A model generated the notes under the pieces. It worked only from the letters and a program-made list of their open reading frames with translations, did no database searches and was not told the DNA's origin. From contig CALAOV010000342.1 of the NCBI GenBank assembly GCA_937889515.1, positions 3,993 to 67,992 on the forward strand: a DNA stretch of 64,000 nt. The letters run 5' to 3'. This stretch comes from an uncultured Myxococcales bacterium. Lineage in GTDB: Bacteria; Myxococcota_A; Polyangia; Fen-1088. A program made the translations under genes and the position numbers. Below, one piece after another: positions 43,741 to 53,709 of the stretch (position 1 is its first letter; the number at the start of each line of letters is the position of its first letter).

Positions 43741-44888
43741 GGCTCGACGTATCGCCAGAGCCCCTGATCCCACATGAGCCCCACGAACACGTAGTGACTT
43801 CCGTCGTTGGTCACCACCACGCTATTCGGCCCGATCACCAGCTCGTCGGGCACGGTCGCGGTGGCCCAGGCGGTCCCGGGTTGCGGCGCGATCTCGAACT
43901 GCGTCCCCAGATCGCAACCCGAGCAGGCCCAGGCGTACATCGCGTAGACATTCGTCGGCGTCCCCCAAACCACCGCTTCGGGCGTCTGGCCGCTGTCGAC
44001 GCGCGACCAATTCGCGCCGAGATCGGTGCTGCGATAGACGCCCTGCCCGTCGGGTCCGCTACCGCCCGCCACGAAGAGGGTCGACCCGTTCTGATAGATC
44101 TGCGAATTGCCGTGCGGGTGCTGCAGGCCGGCGAGGCCGTTCGGAATGGTCCAAGTCGCCCCGCCGTCGCTGGTCACGATCGCGCTGGCGCCGTCCTGCG
44201 CGATGGCGAACCAGGTCTTCCGGGTCGTCGCGGCGCTGCCGGTGTCGATGAAGTACGGGTACCAGGAGATTCCGCCGCTGGGGAAACCGCTGCCGCCGAG
44301 CATCTGCCAGGTCGCCCCGCCGTCGGTCGACTCCACGATCCCGTCGGCCTCGTGCAGTCCGCTCACCAGATGGGTGCCGTCGTACGGATCGATCTTCAAC
44401 GAGTAGAGGCTGACGGGCAGGGCGGTCTGCGTGAACGTCGCGCCGCCGTCGATCGATTTGTAGATGGTGTTGTAGCCGGCCGCCCAGATCGTGGCCGGCG
44501 TCGTCCCGGCGACGGCGATCACCGTGCCCCGCGGGACGTCCGGGAGCGTGTCGTTGATCTGCGTCCAGGTGAAGCCGTAGTCGGACGACTTCCAGAGACC
44601 CGCGCTGCTGCCCCCGACATAGAGATCGCTCGGCCGCGCCGGATCCCCCACGATGCTGCCCGGGCCGAAGATGTTGGCGGTCGGCCGGAGAACGGCCGCC
44701 GGCATGTCGCTGGGCGTGACGTTGATCCAGACGCCGGGCGGACAGGTCCCCGCGGCGACGCAGGGATCGGGCGGAAGCGGGCCGGCGTCGTTGTGGGTGG
44801 TCCCACCGTGGGAGGCGCCACACGCCAGCAGAAGCGAGGCCGCCGCGGCGAGACACCCGACGCGATCCCCGACCGTCGACCGCTTCAT
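43737..44888 (-). CDS. BNR/Asp-box repeat lipoprotein (sialidase-like beta-propeller)
   Basis: Lipoprotein signal MKRSTVGDRVGCLAAAASLLLAC|GA. Multiple Asp-box repeats (SIDGGATF, STDGGATW, TSDGGATW, STDLGANW). Its ATG overlaps the upstream gene's stop (ATGA). Confidence 0.7.
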   Translation of the reverse strand: MKRSTVGDRVGCLAAAASLLLACGASHGGTTHNDAGPLPPDPCVAAGTCPPGVWINVTPSDMPAAVLRPTANIFGPGSIVGDPARPSDLYVGGSSAGLWKSSDYGFTWTQINDTLPDVPRGTVIAVAGTTPATIWAAGYNTIYKSIDGGATFTQTALPVSLYSLKIDPYDGTHLVSGLHEADGIVESTDGGATWQMLGGSGFPSGGISWYPYFIDTGSAATTRKTWFAIAQDGASAIVTSDGGATWTIPNGLAGLQHPHGNSQIYQNGSTLFVAGGSGPDGQGVYRSTDLGANWSRVDSGQTPEAVVWGTPTNVYAMYAWACSGCDLGTQFEIAPQPGTAWATATVPDELVIGPNSVVVTNDGSHYVFVGLMWDQGLWRYVEP

Positions 44889-46147
44889 GGGCTCACCGAT
44901 TGTTCCCAAAAGACCACCTCCCCGTCGCGGTTGGCGACGAAAGACACGCCTCCGTCGTGGGAGATGACCAGCGCGAGACCGGCGGGGTGATCGTGGACGA
45001 AGCGGTAGGCGGCCCGGTGGCGGGTGCCCACACTCTCGATGTCGTCCGGCTCGCGCTGCCGGCCTTCGATGTCGAGGGCGCGCCAGACCCGCGCGGGCCC
45101 GGGGAGCTCGGCCGAGACCTCGGCGCCGAAGCCGAGAAGCCTGAATCGTTTGTCGACGACCACGGCGCCGTCGATGGCGGTGAGGTTGGCGATGAGGCGG
45201 CTCAATTCGAAGATCGCCTGCTCGAGCTTCTCGAGGCCGGGGCTCGAATCCTGCGCGAAATCCTGCCACCCGACCGACGCCTTCGAGGTGGCGACGGCCA
45301 CACTTTCGAGGATCTGAAAGAGCAAGGTCCGGTAGCGGCCGGGGGGCTCATCCCGGTCGAACCGGTACTTGAGTCGGACGCCGTCCAGGCCGTTCGCGGT
45401 CTCACTGGCGGCGGGATCCACCACCAAGATCATACCGCCGTGGCCGAGGCCCCGGACCAACTGAATGGCGCGGCGGAACATATGCTGGCCCACCCGCCCC
45501 ACCAGCGACGGGTCCGCCAGCGTCGGCGAAGACGTCTGGGCTTGCCGCGCGGCGTGCTCGGCACGAACTTCATCCCGTTCCCGGGCGAACATCGCCGGGA
45601 GCCACTCGGAATCGAACACGTCTATCAGCGCGTCGACCAGCAATCCCCGCTCGAGCGCCCCCACCAATTTTCCGGCGCAGCGGACCGCGATGTGCCCCGG
45701 ACTGGTCACGTGGATGATCGGATCGTAGGTCCAGTTGGGAACCAGGCTGCGTCCGCCCCAGGTGGGCGCGAGCCAGGCCGGTCCCGAGTGCGCCAGTCCC
45801 CAGATCCGGAGTTTTCCCTCCTCGACGGAGGCACCGATGAGCGAGGTCTCGAACGGCACCGACGGACTGAGGCGGCGCAGCTCGTCCGCGCTCAAGGCCC
45901 GGCTGTGATCGAAGCGCAGCCGCAAGACCCCCTCGTTGGGAACGCCGGTGGCGGGCAATTGCTCGGGCGGCGTGAGCAGAAGACGAAAGCGGGTCGGGCG
46001 GGCCTCTTCCGAGGTCAGGGACGCCTGGAACGCCACCGAGAGGGCTTCCCGAAAAGCATCGCGGGGCACCGACAGCGCTCGGTCAGCGGGCCAATGATCC
46101 TCCACGTACTGGGCGAGGTCCGGTGGATAGGCGTGCTCGCCAGGCAT
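44885..46147 (-). CDS. Protein with C-terminal diadenylate cyclase (DAC/DisA_N)-like domain and uncharacterised ~250-aa N-terminal domain
   Basis: The C-terminal region shows DAC hallmark motifs in the correct order and spacing: GGMILVVD (cf. GALIVIE), IDGAVVVDKRFRLLGFGAEV (DGA motif) and GTRHRAAYRF (RHR motif). VISHDGGVSFVA sits where CdaA has VVSEETGGISLA. No TM segments or HhH domain. Confidence 0.65.
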   Translation of the reverse strand: MPGEHAYPPDLAQYVEDHWPADRALSVPRDAFREALSVAFQASLTSEEARPTRFRLLLTPPEQLPATGVPNEGVLRLRFDHSRALSADELRRLSPSVPFETSLIGASVEEGKLRIWGLAHSGPAWLAPTWGGRSLVPNWTYDPIIHVTSPGHIAVRCAGKLVGALERGLLVDALIDVFDSEWLPAMFARERDEVRAEHAARQAQTSSPTLADPSLVGRVGQHMFRRAIQLVRGLGHGGMILVVDPAASETANGLDGVRLKYRFDRDEPPGRYRTLLFQILESVAVATSKASVGWQDFAQDSSPGLEKLEQAIFELSRLIANLTAIDGAVVVDKRFRLLGFGAEVSAELPGPARVWRALDIEGRQREPDDIESVGTRHRAAYRFVHDHPAGLALVISHDGGVSFVANRDGEVVFWEQSVSP

Positions 46148-46161
46148 CGCCCTAGCATGCC

Positions 46162-47700
46162 TCAGGTCGCGTTCGACGCCAGGCGCCGTTCCAGCCGCCG
46201 GGCCAGACGGGCGAACGGATAACCGAGGGCAAAATAGAGCGCGGCGCAGAGCGCGCCCGGGAGCAACCAGCCCCGGGCGTCGACGGCGGTGATGGTCATC
46301 CGCTTGGTCAGCTCGACGACGGTAAGGACCGAAACCAGCGAGCTGTCCTTGAGCAGCGAGATGAAGTCATTGGTGACGCCCGGGATGGCCAGCCGGAGTC
46401 CTTGCGGCAAGACCACCGTGCGCAGCGCCAGGCGGCGCGACGCGCCCAGCGCCAGCGCCGCCTCCCACTGGGCGCGGGGTACGGCGCCGATCGCGCCCCG
46501 GTAGATCTCCGCCTCGTAGGCCGCGTAGTTGAGGCCGAGTCCGAGAATGGCGGCGGTCCAGGGGCCGAGCGACACGATGCCGGAGAGGCCGTAATAAAGG
46601 AGATAGAGCTGCAAGAGGACCGGTGTCCCGCGGACGATCTCGATGTAGGCGGTCGCGAAGGGCCGCAGGCGTGGGCTCTCCAGACGCACGAGCGCCAGCG
46701 CCAGACCGAGCGGCACCGCGATCGCCATCGCGGCCAGCGAGATGAGGAGCGTCACCAGCGCGCCCTGCAGAAACAGCGCGATCTGGCGGGGGGTCAGCGG
46801 ACGGGCCGCCGCGGAGGTGGAGACGGAGAGGAGAGAGCCCGGGCCCGCCGCGACGCGCGCCGGAGCCGGAGTGGGCGATAGCGCCAGGGCCGCCTCGCGA
46901 TCCCCGTCGAGATTCCAGCGCGCCAGCGTCTTGCGCCAGGCGCCGGAGGCGATCGTCTGGGCGAGCGCCTGGTCGAGCGCGGCCCGCAGATCCTCGTCGG
47001 CGGGGCGCAGCGCGACGGCGTAACGCCCTTCGGCCACGTCGCCGACCGCCACCAGCGTCGGATGTCGCCCGAGATAGCGCGCGACGATCACGTCGTCGAG
47101 GAGGACCGCGTCGGTCCGACCGCGCTCGAGATCGATGAGGGGCTCGTCGACGCCCTCGTAGGGCAAGGCGACGGCGCCGGCCTCGCGCAGGAGATCCCAG
47201 GCCAGGCTGTTGGCCAGCGTTCCCACCCGCAGACCGCTCAACGACGCCAGATCACGAACGCGCGCGTCGGCGCGGCGCGCAACCAGTCGCTCGGAAAAGA
47301 GGTAGTACGGGCGGGTGAAGGCGACCCGCGCCGCGCGCGCCGGCGTCACCTCGATCCCGTTGAGCGCGACGTCGAAGGTCCCGCGCTCGAGCGACGGGAT
47401 CAGGGTCGACCAGTCGTTCTGCACCAGCCGCGCGCGAACCCCCAGCGCCGCGGCCAGCGTGTCGGCGAGCTCGACCTCGAAGCCCACCAGCGCCCCGTCC
47501 CGATCCTCGTAGACATACGGCTCGCCCCCTTGCACGTCGGCGCCCCAGAGCAACTCGCCGCGCGCCCGAATTCTGTCGGGGGCGCTGTCAGACGCAGGCC
47601 CGGCGGGCGCGCACCCCGCGATGGCGGCGGCGCCGGCCACGGCGAGGCCCGCGGCCATCGCCAGCGGTCCGAGCACTCGAGGCGGGGCCGGCCAATACAT
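46162..47700 (-). CDS. Amino-acid ABC transporter, fused periplasmic substrate-binding domain + permease (polar amino acid/opine family)
   Basis: N-terminal SBP_bac_3-like domain. C-terminal permease with the EAA-like loop EAALALGASRRLALRTVVLPQGLRLAIPGVTNDFISLLKDSSL. It ends 14 nt upstream of the DAC-like gene. Confidence 0.8.
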   Translation of the reverse strand: MYWPAPPRVLGPLAMAAGLAVAGAAAIAGCAPAGPASDSAPDRIRARGELLWGADVQGGEPYVYEDRDGALVGFEVELADTLAAALGVRARLVQNDWSTLIPSLERGTFDVALNGIEVTPARAARVAFTRPYYLFSERLVARRADARVRDLASLSGLRVGTLANSLAWDLLREAGAVALPYEGVDEPLIDLERGRTDAVLLDDVIVARYLGRHPTLVAVGDVAEGRYAVALRPADEDLRAALDQALAQTIASGAWRKTLARWNLDGDREAALALSPTPAPARVAAGPGSLLSVSTSAAARPLTPRQIALFLQGALVTLLISLAAMAIAVPLGLALALVRLESPRLRPFATAYIEIVRGTPVLLQLYLLYYGLSGIVSLGPWTAAILGLGLNYAAYEAEIYRGAIGAVPRAQWEAALALGASRRLALRTVVLPQGLRLAIPGVTNDFISLLKDSSLVSVLTVVELTKRMTITAVDARGWLLPGALCAALYFALGYPFARLARRLERRLASNAT

Positions 47701-47761
47701 TGGCCCCAGTATCTACGAGTGCGCGAACCGCTGTGCAGCGGAGTTGTCGGCCCGACCGTGC

Positions 47762-49300
47762 CTACTGGAGCAGCACCTTGGTGGGGCCGAAGGCGTCGTT
47801 GTTCGTGCCGTCGCCGATCTCGCCGAATCCGTTGTATCCCCAGCACCAGATCCCCAGGGCCGCCGTGAGGACACAGGTATGGTTGTACCCGGCGCCGATG
47901 CTCTGCACGACGTCGTTGCCGAGATTGACAACCACCGGCGTCAGCCGATTGGTCGTGGTGAGATCTCCGATCTCACCCTCGGCGTTGTACCCCCAGCAAG
48001 CCACCTGACCGCTGGTCAGCAGCGCACAAGAGTGATCGGCGCCGATGGCCAGCTGCTTGGCGGGTCCCGGAAGGCCGACCACGGCGGTCGGCGTCAGATG
48101 ATTGGTGGTCGTGCCGTCGCCGCCTTCGCCGACCACGTTTTGGCCCCAGCACCAGACCGAGCCGTTCGCGTGAAGGGCGCAGGTGTGGGCCGAGCCGCCG
48201 GCGATCGCGATCTCGCTCGAGTCGGCGTAGGAGTACGTCGCCGTGGTCCGGTTGGTGGTCGTGCCATCGCCCAGCTGGCCGACGTTGTTGCTGCCCCAGG
48301 CGAGGAAGCGCCCGTCGCCCATCGTGGCGAGGGAGTGAAAGGCTCCGGCACCCAGCGATCGGATGGCCGCGCCGTTGAACGAGATCCCGGTGATGCCGGA
48401 AACCTGCACCGGCGTCGCGCTGTTGACGGTGGTGCCGTTCCCCAGCTCTCCGTCGCCGTTGTACCCCCAGCAGAACACCGCCTGAGCGCTGGAGTTGTTG
48501 GCCGGGCCGGGCCGGTAGGCGCAGGTGTGGTAGAGGCCGGCCGCGATCATGGTGAACGCGCCCGTGAGCGGCACCTGCACCGGCGTCGAGCTGCCGCCAC
48601 CGACGGCAATGCCCGGTCCCGCCCCACCGTAGTAGCTGGTCCCCCAGCACCAGACCGTTCCGTCGGCGTGCAGGGCGCAGGCATGGTAGGCGCCGGCCGC
48701 GATCGCGGTGACGGCCGTGGCGGGCCCTGGCAGCGCCACCGGCACGTCGTTGAACGCCGCCTGGCCCCACTCGAGCGGGGCCGCGCTGGTGAGCGCGAAC
48801 GAGTTGTACCCGCCGGCCGCGATGGACAGCACGTTGGTAACGAAGTTCACGCTCACCGACGCCGGGTTGTTGGGGCGGAAGGTGAGCGCGACCGTGGTGA
48901 CGACGCCCGAACGGACCAGGGCGGTGACGGGGTCGGCGGTGTAGGTCGGCGCGGACGACCCGATCCCCGTGCAGGTGGCGGCGTACGCCGCGCCGGTGAC
49001 GGCATCGTTGCCGACCGGAAGCGAGCCCAGCGACAGGCTCGCCGTCGACGCGCCCGCCGTGAGCGTGAAGCTCTGGATCGAAGCGGTCCCCGACGGCGGC
49101 GTCACGGTGATGCGGACACACTGCGTGCCCGTCGGTACCGCCGTCAGCTGCGCGGTGACCTCGGTGGTGCTCCCTTCGTCCGTTCCAGAGCCGGCGCCCG
49201 TCGTCCGCTCGGGAGCCCCGCATCCCAGATTCAACGCCACGCCCAAGAGCGCAGCAACCGTCGTTGTGCCTTTGGATCCACCACAACCGTTTCGCTTCAT
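47762..49300 (-). CDS. RCC1-repeat (beta-propeller) lipoprotein
   Basis: SD GGAGG 10 nt upstream. Lipobox LNLGCGA. Seven or more RCC1-type repeats (GxxHxCAL...G.VWCWGxNxxGxLGxG). Confidence 0.8.
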   Translation of the reverse strand: MKRNGCGGSKGTTTVAALLGVALNLGCGAPERTTGAGSGTDEGSTTEVTAQLTAVPTGTQCVRITVTPPSGTASIQSFTLTAGASTASLSLGSLPVGNDAVTGAAYAATCTGIGSSAPTYTADPVTALVRSGVVTTVALTFRPNNPASVSVNFVTNVLSIAAGGYNSFALTSAAPLEWGQAAFNDVPVALPGPATAVTAIAAGAYHACALHADGTVWCWGTSYYGGAGPGIAVGGGSSTPVQVPLTGAFTMIAAGLYHTCAYRPGPANNSSAQAVFCWGYNGDGELGNGTTVNSATPVQVSGITGISFNGAAIRSLGAGAFHSLATMGDGRFLAWGSNNVGQLGDGTTTNRTTATYSYADSSEIAIAGGSAHTCALHANGSVWCWGQNVVGEGGDGTTTNHLTPTAVVGLPGPAKQLAIGADHSCALLTSGQVACWGYNAEGEIGDLTTTNRLTPVVVNLGNDVVQSIGAGYNHTCVLTAALGIWCWGYNGFGEIGDGTNNDAFGPTKVLLQ

Positions 49301-49420
49301 CACGGAGGCCTCCTTGCGCTCGAGCGCGCGCCCCGTAAGTAACGCGGCCGCTCGACGCGCAGGGACAGGTTGATTGCCGAACCTCCGCGCGGATGCTTGC
49401 AACCGCGGGCGGAAATCCGC

Positions 49421-50347
49421 TCAGCCGCCGTCGTGAAAGGTCGAGCAGGCCGCCGGATCGCCGCTATCCATTCCGACGCCGAACCACTTCTGCCGATCGG
49501 CCGCGCTGCCGTGGGTGAAGGTCTCGGGGCGCACCCGACCGGTCACCTCCTTTTGAATGCGGTCGTCGCCCACGGCCGCCGCGGCGTCCAGCGCCTCGGC
49601 GATCTCGGCGCGGCCCACCTTGCCGGCGGCGTAGGCGGCGTTGCCCCACACGCCGGCGTAGCAGTCCGCTTGCAGCTCCAATCGTACCGACAGCGCGTCT
49701 CGCTGCTCCGGGTGCTCCTCCTGTGCCTGCCGCACCCGCCGTTCGATGCCGAGGACATCCTGGACGCGGTGGCCGTACTCGTGCGCCACCACGTAAGCTT
49801 CGGCAAAGTCGCCGCCGCGCGCGTGAAAGCGCTGGTGCAGCTCCTCGAAAAAACCGAGATCCAGATAGACCCGGTCGTCCTCGGGACAATAGAAGGGGCC
49901 GGTCCGCGCGCTGGCCACGCCGCAGCCGCTGCGCGTCGCCTCCGTGAACAGCACCAGCCGCGCCGGCCGGTAGCCATTCCCGGCCGCGGCGAGCTGCCGC
50001 CGCCAGAACGACTGCACGTTGCTTTCGACGCAGACCACGAACTTCGCCGGGTCGCTGGTCGAGGTGACACCGGCGCAGCTCCCGCCGAGCTGACTTCCCG
50101 AATTTGCAGAGCCGCGCGGCACCGGTGGCCCCGTCTGGACGCCGCGCTGGCTCTCCTCGATCAGCCGGCCGACGGCGGCGGCGGTGGGGCTGCCGTTGCT
50201 GGCCATCACCTGCACGATGAAATAGATGACGCCGCCCGCCAACCCGAGGCCCCCCACGCCCATCCCTACCCCGCCGCCCGGGAAGCGCATCCCGCGGCGA
50301 TCCTCGACCTCGGAGCTGTCCGCCCGATCTTCCTCGTCGAATTTCAT
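49421..50347 (-). CDS. Putative neutral zinc metallopeptidase, YpfJ family (PF04228)
   Basis: N-terminal TM, then YVVAHEYGHRVQDVLGI (HExxH-type zinc site in the YpfJ-characteristic context). Confidence 0.75.
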   Translation of the reverse strand: MKFDEEDRADSSEVEDRRGMRFPGGGVGMGVGGLGLAGGVIYFIVQVMASNGSPTAAAVGRLIEESQRGVQTGPPVPRGSANSGSQLGGSCAGVTSTSDPAKFVVCVESNVQSFWRRQLAAAGNGYRPARLVLFTEATRSGCGVASARTGPFYCPEDDRVYLDLGFFEELHQRFHARGGDFAEAYVVAHEYGHRVQDVLGIERRVRQAQEEHPEQRDALSVRLELQADCYAGVWGNAAYAAGKVGRAEIAEALDAAAAVGDDRIQKEVTGRVRPETFTHGSAADRQKWFGVGMDSGDPAACSTFHDGG

Positions 50348-50383
50348 GATCGAATGACCAAGCCTAGCCGATACAATTGACCC

Positions 50384-52462
50384 GTGATCGATCGGATACG
50401 GCTCGTCGGTTTCGCCGCGCTATCGCTGGGCTTCGTGGGCGGCTGCAGTCCGTCCGCGGCCGGCGGCCCAGACGGCGGCGGTCCCGGCGCCGGCGGTCGT
50501 GCCACGGGTGGCACGGGCGGGGCGACCTCCGGCGGCACGTCTGGTGGCACGTCGGGTGGTACGGCAGGCGCGTCCGGGGGCGCCGACGGGGGCACGATCG
50601 TCGCATCGCAGCCGCTCAGCCCCAACATCGTCGTCGATCAATTTGGTTACCGCACGACGGCCGAAAAGATCGCGGTCGTTCGCAGCCCGCAACGCGGGTT
50701 CGATTCGACCGCGACCTTCACGCCGGGCGCGAAGTACGCCCTGGTCGACGCGCATTCGGGGCAGATGGCGCTGGAAGCCGCGCCGGCGGTCTGGAACGGC
50801 GGCGCCGTCGACAGCTCTTCGGGCGACAAGGCCTGGTGGTTCGACTTCTCGGCGGTCACCGCCGCCGGCGACTACTTCGTCCTCGACGAGACCAAAGCCG
50901 TTCGCTCCGACGTCTTCAGCATCTCCGACGCGGTCTACCGCGCCGTCCTGACGCAGGCCGAGCGGATGCTCTTCTACCAGCGCGACGGCTTTGCCAAGAC
51001 CGCCCAATACGCGGGCGCCGATTGGGCCGACGGCGCCGCGCACCTCGGGCAGTGCTACCTCTACAGCGACGCCGCCAAGACCTTGAACAAAGATCTGCAC
51101 GGCGGCTGGTGGGACGCCGGCGACTTCAACAAGTACACCAACTGGGGCGCCAGCGACGTCATCGAGCTCCTGCACGCCTACGCCGAGAGCCCCGCCGCGT
51201 TCGCGGACGACACCAACATCCCAGAATCGGGCAACGGCGTCGCCGATCTGCTCGACGAGGTGAAGTGGGAGCTCGACTGGCTGGTGCGCATGCAGCAGAG
51301 CGACGGCTCGGTCCTCAGCATCGTCGGCGAAGCGGCGGCGCCCGCCCCCGCCTTCGGCAATCCGGCGAACACCGCGCCGTCGCTGGTGACCGATCCCTGC
51401 GCCTACGGTCCCGCCTCGACCTCCGCGTCGCTGAGCGCGGCCGCCGCCTACGCGTACGCCTCGGTCGTGCTCGGTTCGGCCGCCGGATTCGGCGCGGCCT
51501 ATCCCGGCTACGCCGCCGGGTTGGTGACGCGCGCCCAGCAGGCCTGGGCCTGGGCCAAGGCCAACCCGGCCGTGTTCTTCTACAACTCCACCTCCAACCC
51601 GACGGTCGGGTCCGGGGAGCAAGAGGTCCCCCAGAGCGATCCCGACCGCAGCTACGCGCTCCTCGTGAAGCGTCTGCAGGCGGAGCTCTACCTCTACGAG
51701 GCGACCGGCGACACGACCGCCCGCGACTTCTTCGACGCCAACTACGCCGGCGTCAACTTCATCTCTCAGAAGTACATCGACGGCTCTCACGGCGAGGAGC
51801 AGGAGACGCTGCTCGAGTACACGCTGGCTCCGAATCCGACCGCGACCGTGGTGCAGAAGATCAAGTCGGCCTACCTGTCGTCGCTGCAGAGCAGCCAGAA
51901 CCTGGGCGCCATCCAGGCGACGACCGATCCGTACCTGGCGTACCTGCCCCAGTACTTCTGGGGGAGCAACCAGATCAAGAGCGACCAAGGCAACCTGTTC
52001 TACGACGTGGTGACCTTCGCGATCGACGCCTCGACCAGCGTGCAGGCCGCCAAGGGGGCCGAGCGCTACATCCACTACCTCCACGGCGTGAACCCGCTGC
52101 AGATCGTCTATCTGTCCAACATGGGCGCGACCGGCGCGTCGAAGTCGGTCACCCGCTTCTTTCATTCCTGGTACGCCACGGGCTCGCTGTGGGACGCGGC
52201 CGGCGTCTCGAAGTACGGGCCACCGCCCGGTTACCTGACCGGCGGGCCCAACCCCAGCTACACCTGGGACGGCTGCTGCCCGAATGGGTGCAGCGGCTAT
52301 TCGTGCGGCGCCGCACCGCTGTCGCCGCCCACCGGCCAGCCCGACCAGAAATCGTACGCGGATTTCAACGATGGCTGGCCGCTCGATTCATGGTCGGTGA
52401 CCGAGCCGGACGACGGCTACCAGGCCAAGTATCTCCGGTTGCTGTCCAAGTTCGTGCACTGA
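50384..52462 (+). CDS. Glycoside hydrolase family 9 (endoglucanase-like) lipoprotein with Gly/Thr/Ser-rich linker and N-terminal Ig-like (CelD_N-like) domain
   Basis: Lipobox LGFVGGC. Linker GGTSGGTSGGTAGASGG. GH9 signature DLHGGWWDAGDFNKY (cf. GGWYDAGDHVKF). (alpha/alpha)6 catalytic region. Confidence 0.8.
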   Translation: MIDRIRLVGFAALSLGFVGGCSPSAAGGPDGGGPGAGGRATGGTGGATSGGTSGGTSGGTAGASGGADGGTIVASQPLSPNIVVDQFGYRTTAEKIAVVRSPQRGFDSTATFTPGAKYALVDAHSGQMALEAAPAVWNGGAVDSSSGDKAWWFDFSAVTAAGDYFVLDETKAVRSDVFSISDAVYRAVLTQAERMLFYQRDGFAKTAQYAGADWADGAAHLGQCYLYSDAAKTLNKDLHGGWWDAGDFNKYTNWGASDVIELLHAYAESPAAFADDTNIPESGNGVADLLDEVKWELDWLVRMQQSDGSVLSIVGEAAAPAPAFGNPANTAPSLVTDPCAYGPASTSASLSAAAAYAYASVVLGSAAGFGAAYPGYAAGLVTRAQQAWAWAKANPAVFFYNSTSNPTVGSGEQEVPQSDPDRSYALLVKRLQAELYLYEATGDTTARDFFDANYAGVNFISQKYIDGSHGEEQETLLEYTLAPNPTATVVQKIKSAYLSSLQSSQNLGAIQATTDPYLAYLPQYFWGSNQIKSDQGNLFYDVVTFAIDASTSVQAAKGAERYIHYLHGVNPLQIVYLSNMGATGASKSVTRFFHSWYATGSLWDAAGVSKYGPPPGYLTGGPNPSYTWDGCCPNGCSGYSCGAAPLSPPTGQPDQKSYADFNDGWPLDSWSVTEPDDGYQAKYLRLLSKFVH

Positions 52463-52546
52463 GATCGGCGCGGCGTCGGGACAGCGCGGCAAGCGTCCAA
52501 TTCGGATCGTGATCGTCGGTCGACGCGAGCGCGTATACTCCCCCGA

Positions 52547-53626
52547 ATGCTGCATGAGTTCCTCGTCGTCAACCGTGACGAGATTCTCGGTCGCTCGCGT
52601 ACCAAGCTCGTCGCGCGCGAGGTGCCGACCCCTACCGAGGCCGAGCTGCGGGACGGACTGCCCCTCTTCCTCGATCAGTTGGTCGCCATCCTGCGCGCGG
52701 GGAAAGGCCAGCGGACCGACGGGCACCGCGGCGTCTCCGACAGCGCGGCGCTACACGGTGGCGAGCTGCTGCGGATGGGACTGACGGTCGGTCAGGTCGT
52801 CCACGACTACGGGAGCATCTGCCAGAGCGTCACGGAGCTGGCTACCGAGCACGACCTGGCGATCACCGCCGACGAGTTCCAGACGTTCAACCGCTGCCTC
52901 GATGACGCCATCGCCCAGGCCGTCACCGAGTACGAGCATCAGCGCGACCGATCGGCCGACCGTCCCGGGGTGGCGCACCTCGGCTTTCTGGCACACGAGA
53001 TGCGCAACCTGCTCACCACCTCGATGCTGACGTTCGACGCGCTCACCCGGGGCAGCGTCGGCGTCAACGGAAGCACCGGTGCCTTGCTCGGGCGCAGCCT
53101 GCGGCGGATGCGGGTCCTCATTGATCGGACCCTGGCCGAGGTACGCCTGGGCGCGGACACCCAGAGGACGGAGCGCGTGTCGGTGGCCGAGCTGCTCGAA
53201 GAGATCGAGATCGTCGCAAAGATCGAGGTCAATGATCGCGATGTCCAGCTTTCCGTGGATCCCGGACCCCACGACCTGGCCGTCGAAGCGGACCATCAAA
53301 TCCTCGCGGCGGTCATGGCGAACCTGGTTCAGAACGCCTTCAAGTTCAGCCGATCCGGTGGACAGATTGCGGTCCGCGCCCGGGCGGCAGACGAGCGCGT
53401 GCTGATAGAGGTGATGGATGAGTGCGGTGGACTGCCGCCAGGCAAAGCCGAGGATCTGTTCCGTCCGTTCGAGCAGCGCGACCTCGATCAGAGCGGCCTC
53501 GGCCTCGGTCTCACCATCAGCCTGAAGGGCGTTCGGGCCAGCGGGGGCGAGATCCGCGTGCGCGACCTACCCGGATCGGGATGCGTGTTCACGGTCGACT
53601 TGCCGAAAGCCGCGCCGGCGGCCTGA
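52547..53626 (+). CDS. Cytoplasmic sensor histidine kinase (HisKA + HATPase_c), paralog 1
   Basis: H-box LGFLAHEMRNLLTT. N, G1 and G2 boxes present (NLVQNAFKFS, DECGGLPP, GLGLTIS). No TM segments. Confidence 0.85.
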   Translation: MLHEFLVVNRDEILGRSRTKLVAREVPTPTEAELRDGLPLFLDQLVAILRAGKGQRTDGHRGVSDSAALHGGELLRMGLTVGQVVHDYGSICQSVTELATEHDLAITADEFQTFNRCLDDAIAQAVTEYEHQRDRSADRPGVAHLGFLAHEMRNLLTTSMLTFDALTRGSVGVNGSTGALLGRSLRRMRVLIDRTLAEVRLGADTQRTERVSVAELLEEIEIVAKIEVNDRDVQLSVDPGPHDLAVEADHQILAAVMANLVQNAFKFSRSGGQIAVRARAADERVLIEVMDECGGLPPGKAEDLFRPFEQRDLDQSGLGLGLTISLKGVRASGGEIRVRDLPGSGCVFTVDLPKAAPAA

Positions 53627-53709
53627 GGGTGCGGTCGAGCTTGGTCAGGGTGCTCGCGGAAGTGTCGGTGGAGGCAACCGCAAGGTCCCACGATGACTAT
53701 GTTCGCCGC

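Noticed and set aside
47621-49342. 573-aa plus-strand and 437-aa minus-strand ORFs overlapping the RCC1-repeat gene
   Set aside because: RCC1 repeats and lipobox identify the real frame.
50420-52165. 581-aa minus-strand ORF
   Set aside because: Antisense to the GH9 gene.
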